In this document: one piece after another, positions 1 to 15,563 of the stretch
Position numbering within the stretch: the stretch's first letter is position 1
Layout of the letters: each line of letters opens with the position of its first letter
Virus genome (UHGV): UHGV-0275551
Reading direction: 5' to 3' (one strand)
Length of the DNA: 64,000 bases
Origin: a virus
Position numbers and translations under genes: made by a program
Notes under the pieces: generated by a model
The model's database searches: none
What the model was told of the DNA's origin: nothing
What the model saw: only the letters and a program-made list of their open reading frames with translations

Positions 1-533
1 GATGAATCAGCAACCTCTACAGGTGTCCAAGCGGTCCCATTTAAAGTAACATCTCTTAAGATAACAGTGGAACCAGTGGTTGTTGCAGAAATCTTTGACA
101 GTGTATATGCAGCATCAAGAACGCTTTTTCTAGTATTAATACGGATAACGATACCACCAGTCTTAGGAGTAATATGCTCAAAAATCTGAGAGAAAGTTGC
201 ACCATACAATGTCATAATTGCTTTTTGCAAGAATGTTGGAGTAGTATCAGAACGTCTTAGGAAGATTTGGATATAAAGCATAGCTCTGTATGTTTCATCA
301 TCAGCACCTAAAGGTCTAGGAACTTTAATCAGTGAGCCAATATTATCAAGTTGTTGACCTACTGACGTCCTGATATTTCTCTCTGTGTGCATCTGCCAGC
401 AAACATCCTCTAGTGTTTGTAGCTCATCAGTGATTGCTTTCAAGATACTTGTATAGATAAATTTATCTTTAAACTGTGTTACAGTCCTTTCATCAAGTGT
501 TTTATAATAAACACTATCAATCTTTTCAAACAT
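1..533 (-). CDS. putative tail/baseplate protein, 5' part (partial, continues past window start)
   Basis: ATG at 533-531 two nt after the stop of the 536..2005 ORF; frame stayed open for the ~25 codons translated by hand; sits next to baseplate genes. Confidence 0.35.
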   Translation of the reverse strand, partial: MFEKIDSVYYKTLDERTVTQFKDKFIYTSILKAITDELQTLEDVCWQMHTERNIRTSVGQQLDNIGSLIKVPRPLGADDETYRAMLYIQIFLRRSDTTPTFLQKAIMTLYGATFSQIFEHITPKTGGIVIRINTRKSVLDAAYTLSKISATTTGSTVILRDVTLNGTAWTPVEVADS

Positions 534-535
534 TA

Positions 536-2004
536 TTACTCCTTAGTGATGGTATACTGGCTACTTTCCCAAACAGTATATTGGTCACCGTCAACAGTAA
601 TTCTTGCTGTAGTATATTGTTCGTCACTAGGTGGAACTGATTGGATGTTTGATAATGCTACCTTCACCTCATTAATCTCAATGCCTTTGATTACGTCATA
701 GATGTACCCATAAATTCTGTTAGGGATAACATCATTACCAACCTTAAGAGTTCTTCCGTAGGCGTTAATACCTTGCACAATACTATCTCTGATATCTTCT
801 TCAGGGATTGTCAAACTTTCTTCGTCATATAATGAGTAAGACACCTTAACAAATGCGTATTTTGGTGTTGGTCTGCTAAAATAGATATTATGTGCCAGAC
901 CACCTAAATCATAGGCTGTACCAAAAATTGAGCCATAAGCCCTGATACCAGCAGGTTTTGTATCCCAGATTGCTTGAGCAACATTATCATTTTGACCACC
1001 AACTACAACAATCTTAAAAGATTTTGGTGGAAGACCTTCTGAGTTTGTCTCTTCAGTATCATTTTCAACACCTGAAGCATCTGAGACACCTTGAACTCTT
1101 TTAACAGCAGCTACAATTGCATCCAAAGTCCCTACACCAGTAACTGCTAAGGATTCTAAATATCTCTGTCTAAGTTCTGTGTCAGTTTCTTCGTTTCTAC
1201 CAGTTGTTAAGTCATACCTGTTATAGATGCTGTCAAGACCATCAACAGTTGTCTCAATCTCAATAAGAGTCCCAGCTAAAGCAGGAATAGCACCAACCTC
1301 TTCAGCCACTACATCTGAGATAGTTGTAATCTTTGTAAAGGTCAGAAACGTTGTCGCAGTAACAACCATAGGGTTTGTTCTTGCAATGATATCACCCTCA
1401 TCTTTATAGATTCTTAATGAGGCTCCATCATTGATAACTTCTGCTTTTGCTACAATACCACCATTAATAGTCTCTGCTAATTTAGTTAGTAGTGTGGTAA
1501 TTGTGTCTGATGAGGTTGGTTTATATGAGAAAATAACGTTATCAATAATAATAACATAATCTGCATCAGTTCGTAAAGAGTTAACTTCAAGAACAGCTTC
1601 AACACAATATGATGGGGTAAGGGTAATATTGTTAACTGGATAAAAGATATTTCCAGCAGTACTTCTCAATCTTGTTGTTGAAGAGATGGTAGCACCAGTT
1701 GTTCCAGTGAACTCAACCTGACCCCTTGTTGCCTGAGCAACATATCTGTATACAGCATTCAAAGCTGTGATATCATCAAGGTTAAATCCTTCAGCCTTGT
1801 CAATTGTCCCGCCGTCATAGATTTCTGATAGAATCTCATGTGTATCTGCTAAAGACCTTGCAATTGAAGCTAGGAAGAGACCTAATTGGCTATCTTCAGA
1901 AACGTCAAGGTTTGGTGAAATATCTCTAAGAAGTCTTGATTTGATATTATCAAAAATTTCCTGATATCTTAGAGTTTGTAATCCTGTTGTAGTTAATCCT
2001 GCCA

Positions 2005-2005
<1 letters not shown>
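536..2005 (-). CDS. baseplate J-like protein (gp6/gpJ family), putative
   Basis: 489-aa track ORF; size and position after gpV-like and gpW-like ORFs in a contractile-tail module; synteny only. Confidence 0.4.
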
Positions 2006-7389
<5,384 letters not shown>

Positions 7390-7390
<1 letters not shown>

Positions 7391-7629
7391 TACATTTTTC
7401 CTGCTCTTCTAAGTTCGTTGTAAGCAATTTCCTCTTTATACGACCTCTGAATCTCAAGAAATTGTCTCAATGATAATAAATCAGAGAATGTCATAGCAAA
7501 GAGTTGGTCAAGTGTTTCTTTACACCCTTCCATACCATAAATAGCAAGCACAAATTTCATCTCGTCTGCTTCTTCATAGGTTGCCTCTACAGCAGCATCA
7601 GTTAGTGGTGTCTGTAGAGTGTTACCCAT
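7390..7629 (-). CDS. tail assembly chaperone, distal ORF
   Basis: 79-aa track ORF starting 2 nt after the stop of the 7632..8030 ORF in another frame; classic position between tube and tape measure. Confidence 0.4.
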
Positions 7630-7631
7630 GT

Positions 7632-8030
7632 TTACTGAGAAGTTAGGCTTTTGAAAATGCTTGCTTCGAAAAAACTTCCGAAGTTTGCCTCCAGCGCAAA
7701 TGCTAAGTAATCAATAAACTCACCGTAGTTTGCTTGGAAGTACGTATCAATATTAAGTGGGAAGTCATCAACAGTTGCCCCTTGAAATAATAAGGTTGCC
7801 ATCTCTTCAAGGTTAATTTCTTCAATTCTGTCAAAACAAGCTTCAACAAGTTCTTTAAATGGAACCATTGGAGCTTCTTTCTTGTCTTTATCAGTCAGAC
7901 TTGATAGCATCTGTGCAAAGGTTGGAACAACAATTTTACCCAACTTCATAGACATCTTAATACCATCTCTTGCCCCAAGCAGAACAATATTTACTTTCTT
8001 ACCATTAATTACTCTAGATTCTGTTTTCAT
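7632..8030 (-). CDS. tail assembly chaperone, proximal ORF
   Basis: 132-aa track ORF between tube and tape measure genes. Confidence 0.4.
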   Translation of the reverse strand: MKTESRVINGKKVNIVLLGARDGIKMSMKLGKIVVPTFAQMLSSLTDKDKKEAPMVPFKELVEACFDRIEEINLEEMATLLFQGATVDDFPLNIDTYFQANYGEFIDYLAFALEANFGSFFEASIFKSLTSQ

Positions 8031-8103
8031 TGTGATTCCTTAATACTTTTAAAAGAAACAAAAAAGGGGAAGACCTTTTAAAGTCTCCCCCTTATAGGAT
8101 TTA

Positions 8104-8550
8104 TTAAACACTTGACGCTGGAATTGTAGAAGTATAGTCTAGCTTCTCACAACCAAAAATCCAAGTTTTAGAGTTCTGGTCACGACCAAGTTCAATCTGT
8201 GGTAATTCCTGCAACCAAGCATTAATACCAGTTGCCAGAACAGAGCCTGATGGGTCGTAGATTACAAAGTTAGAAGAGATATCTTCTTCAAGTTCCATAT
8301 TGTCTTGTTTAGCTTGAATTGCAGAAAGCATCTGGTTAGAGAGAGAAGTCTGCATTAGCTCAATCTCAATAGTACCTGTCTTGTCTGCATTTCTTGTCAG
8401 AGCAACTTGACCACCTGCACCTACAACTGGTGTCACAAGTGGTGATGTTCTCTGTAGACGTAAGAATGAGTCTGGGGCAAAGCCTTCAATGGCAATACCA
8501 TTCCAGCTACACACAACGTCTTTAGGGGAATATTGCTGATACATAGCCAT
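8104..8550 (-). CDS. tail tube protein
   Basis: 148-aa track ORF directly downstream of the sheath-like gene. Confidence 0.5.
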   Translation of the reverse strand: MAMYQQYSPKDVVCSWNGIAIEGFAPDSFLRLQRTSPLVTPVVGAGGQVALTRNADKTGTIEIELMQTSLSNQMLSAIQAKQDNMELEEDISSNFVIYDPSGSVLATGINAWLQELPQIELGRDQNSKTWIFGCEKLDYTSTIPASSV

Positions 8551-8565
8551 TCCAATTTACCTCTA

Positions 8566-9918
8566 TTATTCGTAAGCCACTGTACCTTTCAAGTCAACAT
8601 CCAAGATAGCCCCTGCTAAGATACCTGAGAAGGTAACGTCTTTCAGGATACGAGCTTTCTTGTCTGCCAAAGCAACTTGAGAGGCTTTAGGAACATTAAC
8701 TGTGTAAGATGACAGGAAGTTTCTGTTGACTGCTCTTTGCAGAGAGGTTTCAATGACTTGACGAATACGGGTAATACCAGTATCATCATAAGTAATCTTA
8801 CCACCCTTCTGGTTAATTAGCAAGTCTCTCAGAGAAGTTTTCAGGTCTGATTCTAACCAGTCAACACCACGGACGATATCAATCCATTCCCCACCAGAAG
8901 TAATCCCTCTACGAACCACTGGAACACCACCATCGAGGTCAATAAAGTTACAGTGACGTGCATCTAAAGCTGACTTCTGAATACTTGTCAGAGGTCTCTG
9001 ATTAGATGGCTGTAGAGAAGCAGCTACGCCAGTTAACTGTGCGTTACCCCAAGCAATTGAACCTGCATCATACGGAGCGCCATAAGCAATGTATGCCATT
9101 TCTGGATAGTCTTCTGCTGCTGTGTGATGCCACAAGCAAACGGTACGAGTGTACTGACTCTTAGCAAGCTGTGCTGGAACATCATTTGCACTGGCTAATT
9201 CTGTACCTTGTAGGGCTGTTACATCAGAGTTAGCTGTAAAGAAAATCTTCTTACGAGCTTGAATCTCAGAAGCCATTGCTAAGACAAACTGTCGAGTTCT
9301 ATCTTCTGCTGCAATGAAATACCAGTCAGTTGAATAAGCCTCAATAGCTGCCAGAGCAGTCGATGCTGTGTCAGCAGTTGTACTTGCAATTGACACTGTT
9401 TGTGCTGTAGTGGTAACCTTCACGAAGTCATTGTCACCCGCTTTGGTGATTACCATTGTTGCTGAACCACCAGCACCAGTTACATTGACGGTAACAAGGC
9501 CTTTTACAGAAGGCTCTGCTTCAATCTGAGTTTTAAGCTGCTGTAGCACCTTCTCAGCAGTATCTTCTGACTGTGAAGTGTACTGGAATGGCTGAGAAAC
9601 TCCACCGCTCACAGCTACAGTTAAAGAATAGTCGGTGCTCTCAGTAACCTCATCAGGAATTGATACAGTGTACTGCATAGCACGTCTACCAATATAAAGC
9701 TGAGTTACTTTAGGAGTCTGACTCCAAAGTTGTTTAGCAGCCTTATATGCAGCAGAGTTTTCATCGAAATCTTCAGCAACTTCAGTTAAGGAAGTGTAAC
9801 CACGGACTCTTTCTTCAAAGTTATCTGTTGAAGCTAAAAATAGTGGTAGCCCAAAACCTTCTCTTGTAGTTCCTGCGGTGTTCAATGTAATATCTACATT
9901 AACAATTGGATTCCACAT
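8566..9918 (-). CDS. contractile tail sheath protein
   Basis: 450-aa track ORF; size, position and C-terminal region (GGEWIDIVRGVDWLE) resemble myovirus sheath proteins. Confidence 0.65.
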   Translation of the reverse strand: MWNPIVNVDITLNTAGTTREGFGLPLFLASTDNFEERVRGYTSLTEVAEDFDENSAAYKAAKQLWSQTPKVTQLYIGRRAMQYTVSIPDEVTESTDYSLTVAVSGGVSQPFQYTSQSEDTAEKVLQQLKTQIEAEPSVKGLVTVNVTGAGGSATMVITKAGDNDFVKVTTTAQTVSIASTTADTASTALAAIEAYSTDWYFIAAEDRTRQFVLAMASEIQARKKIFFTANSDVTALQGTELASANDVPAQLAKSQYTRTVCLWHHTAAEDYPEMAYIAYGAPYDAGSIAWGNAQLTGVAASLQPSNQRPLTSIQKSALDARHCNFIDLDGGVPVVRRGITSGGEWIDIVRGVDWLESDLKTSLRDLLINQKGGKITYDDTGITRIRQVIETSLQRAVNRNFLSSYTVNVPKASQVALADKKARILKDVTFSGILAGAILDVDLKGTVAYE

Positions 9919-10518
9919 TTATTTTACCCCTTTGGAGTCTACATCTAGATGGATAGTATATTCTGGTGGCTCTTGTCCTTCTTCGTAAACTAATTCACCA
10001 TCAACAATGACACGTTCAATAATTCCCCCACGTTCATCTTTCAGGACTGAATTTTTTACAAGAGTTACAACAAGAGGCGCAGAATTTTCGAAATCTGTAT
10101 TGAGATAGGTATAGTCATTCGGGATAGCTCCAGTGTCTAAAACTGTAGCTCCTGTCTCTTCAAGAATTAAATCTCTGACTGAACTCATCTCTAATCGTTG
10201 TTTAAGCTCAAGCATAATACTGTGAGCACCTTTACCATTTACCGTAATTAATACTGGAATCTGAAAAGCAATTCTGTAGCAAACTACATCATCCTCAACA
10301 AACTTATCAAGAACCCAACCATAAGGTGTTGCAGCATCTTGACAATATACGGTAATAAATGGCTGGTCAGGTTTTAAACCTTTGTCATTTGAGTTATCAG
10401 AAGGGTAAGCTCTAATTACATTTGGTCTATTATTTTTATCACGAGCTAGTCTGTGACCAATAACATCCACTAAGGTTCTAACTAGACCTTTTTCAAGTTC
10501 TGCTGTTTCTAACTGCAT
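9919..10518 (-). CDS. hypothetical protein (neck/tail completion region)
   Basis: 199-aa track ORF between capsid and sheath genes. Confidence 0.3.
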   Translation of the reverse strand: MQLETAELEKGLVRTLVDVIGHRLARDKNNRPNVIRAYPSDNSNDKGLKPDQPFITVYCQDAATPYGWVLDKFVEDDVVCYRIAFQIPVLITVNGKGAHSIMLELKQRLEMSSVRDLILEETGATVLDTGAIPNDYTYLNTDFENSAPLVVTLVKNSVLKDERGGIIERVIVDGELVYEEGQEPPEYTIHLDVDSKGVK

Positions 10519-10894
10519 TCATTTTATCCCTTCTAATAATGATATATTCATAATGGGACGTATGGGCTAATTGCTGTGACCAATCCATAGTCATAAATAC
10601 TTCATACTCATGACCATCAATCATAACAATGTCAGACTCATTCCACTCTACATCATCTGAAGTTCTAAGTTTATATGTAGTATACAGGATTCTTGTATCG
10701 GTAAGCCTGATACCTTCCGGTAAAGCAATCTGTGTACCATTCTTTACAGAACCTTTGATATATGGCTGGATATTACCTTTGCAGTTAACCTCTACAATAT
10801 CTTGTGAAGCTACCCAATCACCATCATCATTGTAATAACCGTCTTCAGAGACTTTACGCTTTACTACAAAGCTGTGTCTGTTTAAGAGTCTCAT
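10493..10894 (-). CDS. hypothetical protein (head-tail joining region)
   Basis: 133-aa track ORF overlapping neighbours. Confidence 0.3.
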   Translation of the reverse strand: MRLLNRHSFVVKRKVSEDGYYNDDGDWVASQDIVEVNCKGNIQPYIKGSVKNGTQIALPEGIRLTDTRILYTTYKLRTSDDVEWNESDIVMIDGHEYEVFMTMDWSQQLAHTSHYEYIIIRRDKMNAVRNSRT

Positions 10895-11373
10895 TTCTTA
10901 ATACCCTTCTTAGTAGAAATTTTATAAGCAAGGTTATCTCTTAAGTCACCTGTCTCAACAAGAGGTGCGTTAAAGCCTTTTTTCTTGACTGTGGAAGGTG
11001 CGTTAGGAGGGAGGATAGCAGAATTACCAAAACCCCTTTTAATTGCCTTCTGAGCATTCTTTGCAAATGCTTCTAAAGTATTTGAAGGGTCTGTGTTGAG
11101 ACTGCTAAGTTGCTTATAGAGATTCTTCTTAGTCTGCTCTAACAAGGTCTGTCTGTTTAGCATCATAGTGATTTCAAACAACCTACGATATACTTTACCA
11201 GAAGCTGAAGGAACCCCAATAACTTCTTGTAAATACATTAAAGCAGGATAAGAAAAACCAGAGCTATGTTGACCTTGTTCTTGAAAATACCCAACTTGAG
11301 CATTAGCCGTTTGCAAGTTCTTCATAGCCCCGACTAATTTTGCTCTAGCGGGGTGAATAACCCTTTTAACCAT
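10891..11373 (-). CDS. hypothetical protein (head-tail joining region)
   Basis: 160-aa track ORF. Confidence 0.3.
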   Translation of the reverse strand: MVKRVIHPARAKLVGAMKNLQTANAQVGYFQEQGQHSSGFSYPALMYLQEVIGVPSASGKVYRRLFEITMMLNRQTLLEQTKKNLYKQLSSLNTDPSNTLEAFAKNAQKAIKRGFGNSAILPPNAPSTVKKKGFNAPLVETGDLRDNLAYKISTKKGIKK

Positions 11374-11822
11374 TATTCATCTCGCTCGATAATAAATACG
11401 CCATTAACACGGTTGCAGTAATCTCTGCCTTCGTATCTGGCAGCATCACCATATTCTGTGTATTTCTTGACAGAGCAAGGATTTTGACGACGCATATCAA
11501 TGTCGCACTGATTAATACCACCTGCATAGGGTAGTCCTGAAACAGAGCTTTTAACAAGGTCGTCATAAACAGCTTTCAGAGATTTGAATCTGGAAGAGTT
11601 ACGTAAATAAACACCACCAACCTTCTCATCTCCCATCTTGGCTACTTGAAAGAGTAAATATTTAAGAGCTTTGATGGCTGCTTTCTTTTCATCCTTTCCA
11701 GATTCTAGATAGAACCACTCTAGCACAGACTGCTCAATAAGAATTTCATCATTATTGGTGTCTGTGCAGAGGATTCTTACTCTATCAAGAGGGTTATTGG
11801 CTGGGTCGCCTGTATAGCACAT
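11373..11822 (-). CDS. hypothetical protein (head completion/connector region)
   Basis: 149-aa track ORF directly downstream of the capsid gene. Confidence 0.3.
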   Translation of the reverse strand: MCYTGDPANNPLDRVRILCTDTNNDEILIEQSVLEWFYLESGKDEKKAAIKALKYLLFQVAKMGDEKVGGVYLRNSSRFKSLKAVYDDLVKSSVSGLPYAGGINQCDIDMRRQNPCSVKKYTEYGDAARYEGRDYCNRVNGVFIIERDE

Positions 11823-11843
11823 TCATAACCCTCCTTAAGAATA

Positions 11844-12950
11844 TTAGTCTGGTTTAGCGTCAGAACGAACGTCTACCAGCAACTGAGGACGTGTGCAGTA
11901 TGGCAGCATGTAAGAGTGAGCTTCAAAGTCAATACCTTCGTCACGGTCTTTTTCGTATTCGAATACGTACAGTTCCTGACCAAGTGTATTTGCATAACCC
12001 ATCTTAGGGCATGGACCATATGCCACTTCGAAGATGTTGTTAGCTTCACCCAGCATAGAAACGTTAGGGAAAGCATGACCTACACCAACAGTTGCTGCTA
12101 CACTATCAATGCTCACCAGAGTGTGAACCTTACCACGCTTGTCTTTGAACTTACCGTTGTACTGGACAAACTTAACACCACCGTAGTAGAAAGTGTTCAT
12201 GTGAGCCTGAACGCCGTCAGTACCACCAGTTCTCAGAGAACCAGTAATCTGTTGCCAAGCCAGCGGAGTCTGCTGTGCAAGATAAGCGTCACGAATCTTA
12301 GGGTGTTTAACCAGTTTGCTGAAGAATAAGCGGTCAACAACTACGTGAATTTCTTCACCGTTGATTACAGTGCCAGTCTTAGCTTCGTCTTCCATGTGCA
12401 TACGCAGTTCTTCAATAGCAGCGTCAATGTCAGCATTAGGGTTGTCAAGGTCGAAGTAAACAGTCTTCTTCTCAACGTCGAACTGCTTGTACAGGTCAGC
12501 ATACAGAGTACCACGAGCATCAACAACTTTACCCTTCAGAGCTTGCATAAACAGGAACTCACGAGTAATATCGAACTTGGTACGAATCTTCATCAGCTTC
12601 TTAGCACGTACTACAGCTTCAGTAGTCAGTTCGTTTGCAGTTCCTGGCTGACGTACACCCTGAATCTCATCAGGAGTAATGCTTTCAACTTCTTTGAAGT
12701 ACATCATTGGGAAGCTGATTTGACGAACACGCTCAGGTGCGCTAGTCTCTGCTTTACGGCTATCGCGGTCTACCGCATCAAGCAAGCTAACATCCCAATC
12801 AGTCAAGTCCATAAGGAAAGTAGTTTGGGTGATTGGTGCTGAACGGAACAGACCTAAGTTGGAAATATACCCATAAGTATTTGGGATAGACTGGACTTCA
12901 CCAGTAAGGTCAGCAAGGAAAAATCTGCTTTTTTCAGAATTAGTCAACAT
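11844..12950 (-). CDS. major capsid protein
   Basis: 368-aa track ORF following protease and decoration-like genes; overall character of a phage major capsid protein. Confidence 0.7.
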   Translation of the reverse strand: MLTNSEKSRFFLADLTGEVQSIPNTYGYISNLGLFRSAPITQTTFLMDLTDWDVSLLDAVDRDSRKAETSAPERVRQISFPMMYFKEVESITPDEIQGVRQPGTANELTTEAVVRAKKLMKIRTKFDITREFLFMQALKGKVVDARGTLYADLYKQFDVEKKTVYFDLDNPNADIDAAIEELRMHMEDEAKTGTVINGEEIHVVVDRLFFSKLVKHPKIRDAYLAQQTPLAWQQITGSLRTGGTDGVQAHMNTFYYGGVKFVQYNGKFKDKRGKVHTLVSIDSVAATVGVGHAFPNVSMLGEANNIFEVAYGPCPKMGYANTLGQELYVFEYEKDRDEGIDFEAHSYMLPYCTRPQLLVDVRSDAKPD

Positions 12951-12983
12951 TGTAAAATTCTCCAGAATGTCTTATTATTGTTA

Positions 12984-13361
12984 TTACAGGCCAGTTGGTA
13001 CGAAATCAATACCTTTAGCAGCCAGAGCTGTCTTGACGGCAGCAGCATCAACGCTCGCTTCAAGAGTAAGCAGGTCTTTCAGTTCTGCATCACGGTGGAT
13101 ACCTACCACTTTCAACTGACCATGATAAGACAGTTGCAGGTCTGCGTAGAAATTAACGATACATACAGAGTCTGCTTGGGCTTCTTCTCCAGCTTGTACC
13201 TTAGTACCGTCTGCTTTCAGAACTTCACCTACACGGTATTCTGTTGAAGCAACTGGAGTGTACTCTTTACGAGAGTGGCCTGTTGGGGTAATCTGTTCCC
13301 AAAGAATGATATCATTCAGAGGTTCTCTGTTACCTAACTTAGTAAAACCTTGATATGCCAT
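12984..13361 (-). CDS. head decoration-like protein, putative
   Basis: 125-aa track ORF between protease/scaffold and capsid genes. Confidence 0.4.
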   Translation of the reverse strand: MAYQGFTKLGNREPLNDIILWEQITPTGHSRKEYTPVASTEYRVGEVLKADGTKVQAGEEAQADSVCIVNFYADLQLSYHGQLKVVGIHRDAELKDLLTLEASVDAAAVKTALAAKGIDFVPTGL

Positions 13362-13372
13362 TATTGTGTTCC

Positions 13373-14719
13373 TTATTTGATAAGAGATTTTAGAGCATTC
13401 TGGAGAGCCAGTTTGCGTTGTTCAGCGGTGTCTTCGGAAGCATTCTTAGCTGGTTCTTTTTCTTCTTCAACCAAATCAGCTTCACCGTTATTACCCATTT
13501 CTTCCATAGCATTAGAATGCTCAAGAACAGCACCAGCAGTTTCTTTCAGCTTGGTAATTTCTGATTCTTTTTCTTCCATTGCAGAAGCATGGGACGCGAT
13601 AGTTTCATTAAGTTTCTGGTTAGCACCTTCCATAGCATTCATAAACAGAACACTCAGAGGGTTATCAAGACCAGCACCTAAAATAGTCGTTGCAGCTTCT
13701 TTTGCATCAAATCCAAAAGCTTCAGCAGAAGCAGAAATCTTATTAGTCAAATCTGACAAAGCAGCTTCCTGTTCTTTGGCTTTCATTTGAGCAACCTGAA
13801 GACGCAAAGCCTCTAGTTCTTGCTTTTCTTGTTCAGTCATTTCTTCACCTGAATTGTTAACGTTTAAACTTACAGGAGCCTCTTCAGAACCTTGTAAGTA
13901 ATTTAAGAAATCATCTTGAGACATGATTGAGTTAATTAAACCAAGTTCAAGAGCTTCCTGAGCAGAATAAACATTCGCCTCAGTATTCTTTACAGCTTCT
14001 TCAGAGAGATTACGAGATTCGGCTACAAAACCTGTAAAGGTTGCGTAGGTATCATTAATTCTCTTTTGAAGTCTTTCTTTGCTTTCTTCTGAGAGTGCTT
14101 GGAATGGTGAACCCATACCTTTAAACTCACCAGCTTTGATGACGTTAATTGTTACGCCATTCTTTTCAAATGCCTTAGTTAATTCCTGATGAACCATGAT
14201 TACACCAATAGAACCAACATCTGCATCTGGTGATGCAATAATTTCTTCAGCAGAAGATGCAAGAGCGTATGCAGCGGAACAAGCGAACTCATCTACATAA
14301 GCAATAATTTTCTTTTGGCCTCTTGAAGCCATAATGTGACGTGCTAATTCAAAGCAACCTGAAGCTTCACCACCACCAGAATCAATATGCAGAACAATAG
14401 TCTTGATTGACTCATCTGCTAAAGCTTCGTCAAAGCCTCTACGTAAACCCTCATAAGAGCTTAATCCACCTGTACACATTGCATCAATGAACGTCATACG
14501 ATGAGTTAAACCACCCATAATAGGGATAATAGCAATGTCATCTTTTACTTTTAAAAGACTTCTTGCGTCACCTTTGGGTTTATCAAAGTTTACTGCTGCT
14601 TGGACATCACCCAGCAATCTGTTATTCACATAAGTTGCTGCTGAGTGAGCTAATGATTCAGTGGCTAGTAAAGGTTGGTTGAATAATCTATCAGCAAGTC
14701 TGAAGATATTCGAACTCAT
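13373..14719 (-). CDS. prohead protease (S49/SppA-like) fused to scaffold-like C-terminal region
   Basis: 448 aa; HIDSGGGEASG and FACSAAYALASSA motifs resemble S49 serine peptidases; Glu/Ala/Lys-rich coiled-coil-like C terminus. Confidence 0.6.
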   Translation of the reverse strand: MSSNIFRLADRLFNQPLLATESLAHSAATYVNNRLLGDVQAAVNFDKPKGDARSLLKVKDDIAIIPIMGGLTHRMTFIDAMCTGGLSSYEGLRRGFDEALADESIKTIVLHIDSGGGEASGCFELARHIMASRGQKKIIAYVDEFACSAAYALASSAEEIIASPDADVGSIGVIMVHQELTKAFEKNGVTINVIKAGEFKGMGSPFQALSEESKERLQKRINDTYATFTGFVAESRNLSEEAVKNTEANVYSAQEALELGLINSIMSQDDFLNYLQGSEEAPVSLNVNNSGEEMTEQEKQELEALRLQVAQMKAKEQEAALSDLTNKISASAEAFGFDAKEAATTILGAGLDNPLSVLFMNAMEGANQKLNETIASHASAMEEKESEITKLKETAGAVLEHSNAMEEMGNNGEADLVEEEKEPAKNASEDTAEQRKLALQNALKSLIK

Positions 14720-14730
14720 TTTTACTCACC

Positions 14731-15063
14731 CTATTTGTTTAAATCTACAGAGACTGAAGAGATAACATAGATACCTTCTTCAGCAAAGAATTGAGGTTTG
14801 CTAAGAGCACCAGTTGCCACGCATTTATCGTTAGCATCCCACAAGCTATAGTGTGAGACCGTTGCAGAAGCTGGAACAGTAATATTAACTGTGTCTTCTG
14901 AGGCAATTAAGCCGTTATCCGGTTCAGAAAAATAAATAGCCACTGGCTGAGTAACCTTATTTGCTGTAGGGTCTGCCGTTGGGTCTACATTGTGTAAAAT
15001 AATAGTCGTTGGGGTTAGCGTGGCGAGGATTTTATTCTTACCATCAATAGTTAATGTTCCCAT
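14731..15063 (-). CDS. hypothetical head morphogenesis protein
   Basis: 110-aa track ORF between portal and protease. Confidence 0.3.
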   Translation of the reverse strand: MGTLTIDGKNKILATLTPTTIILHNVDPTADPTANKVTQPVAIYFSEPDNGLIASEDTVNITVPASATVSHYSLWDANDKCVATGALSKPQFFAEEGIYVISSVSVDLNK

Positions 15064-15563
15064 TAATTAAACCTTACTTTTTGTTTAAGGACTGTTGAAT
15101 GGTTACCAGATTCATCTACCACATTTACAATCATATCATATACTTTGCCTTTGACAAGTACTTTGTAATCATTTTGTGAAAAAATGTATTCAAGTCTGTT
15201 TGTTTCTTTATTAACTGTCATTGGAGATTGAAATGCAGTGTCGAGGGTAATGAAAGCGGCTTCAATGCTATTAACATTGATACGTTTATTCTCGCAGTTA
15301 TATAACTTTACACCCAAAAGGCATGAACTGTCAAATGGAATTTTAACAATTTCACTACAATTTCCTGAAATAAACGGTTTTCCACTCATTGGAGCATCAA
15401 GTAACCTGCAAATAGTGAAAACGTCAGAGGTTCCACCATCACTTACATAACCTGAAAGACTGACCCTTGAGCCAGCCTCTACAGATAATTTGTCAGTGAT
15501 AATAAGAACACCTCTATACGAATGCACTCGTGTAGCATTTGAAATAGAGATAACTTCAGCCAT
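15063..15563 (-). CDS. hypothetical head morphogenesis protein
   Basis: 166-aa track ORF, start overlaps portal stop. Confidence 0.3.
   Translation of the reverse strand: MAEVISISNATRVHSYRGVLIITDKLSVEAGSRVSLSGYVSDGGTSDVFTICRLLDAPMSGKPFISGNCSEIVKIPFDSSCLLGVKLYNCENKRINVNSIEAAFITLDTAFQSPMTVNKETNRLEYIFSQNDYKVLVKGKVYDMIVNVVDESGNHSTVLKQKVRFN

Noticed and set aside
1227-1409. Short plus-strand ORFs nested antisense inside long minus-strand genes (e.g. 1227..1409, 12345..12842, 16044..16256, 50589..51116, 52875..53186)
   Set aside because: Fully contained in well-supported longer ORFs on the opposite strand and lack ribosome-binding sites; typical antisense ORF noise.
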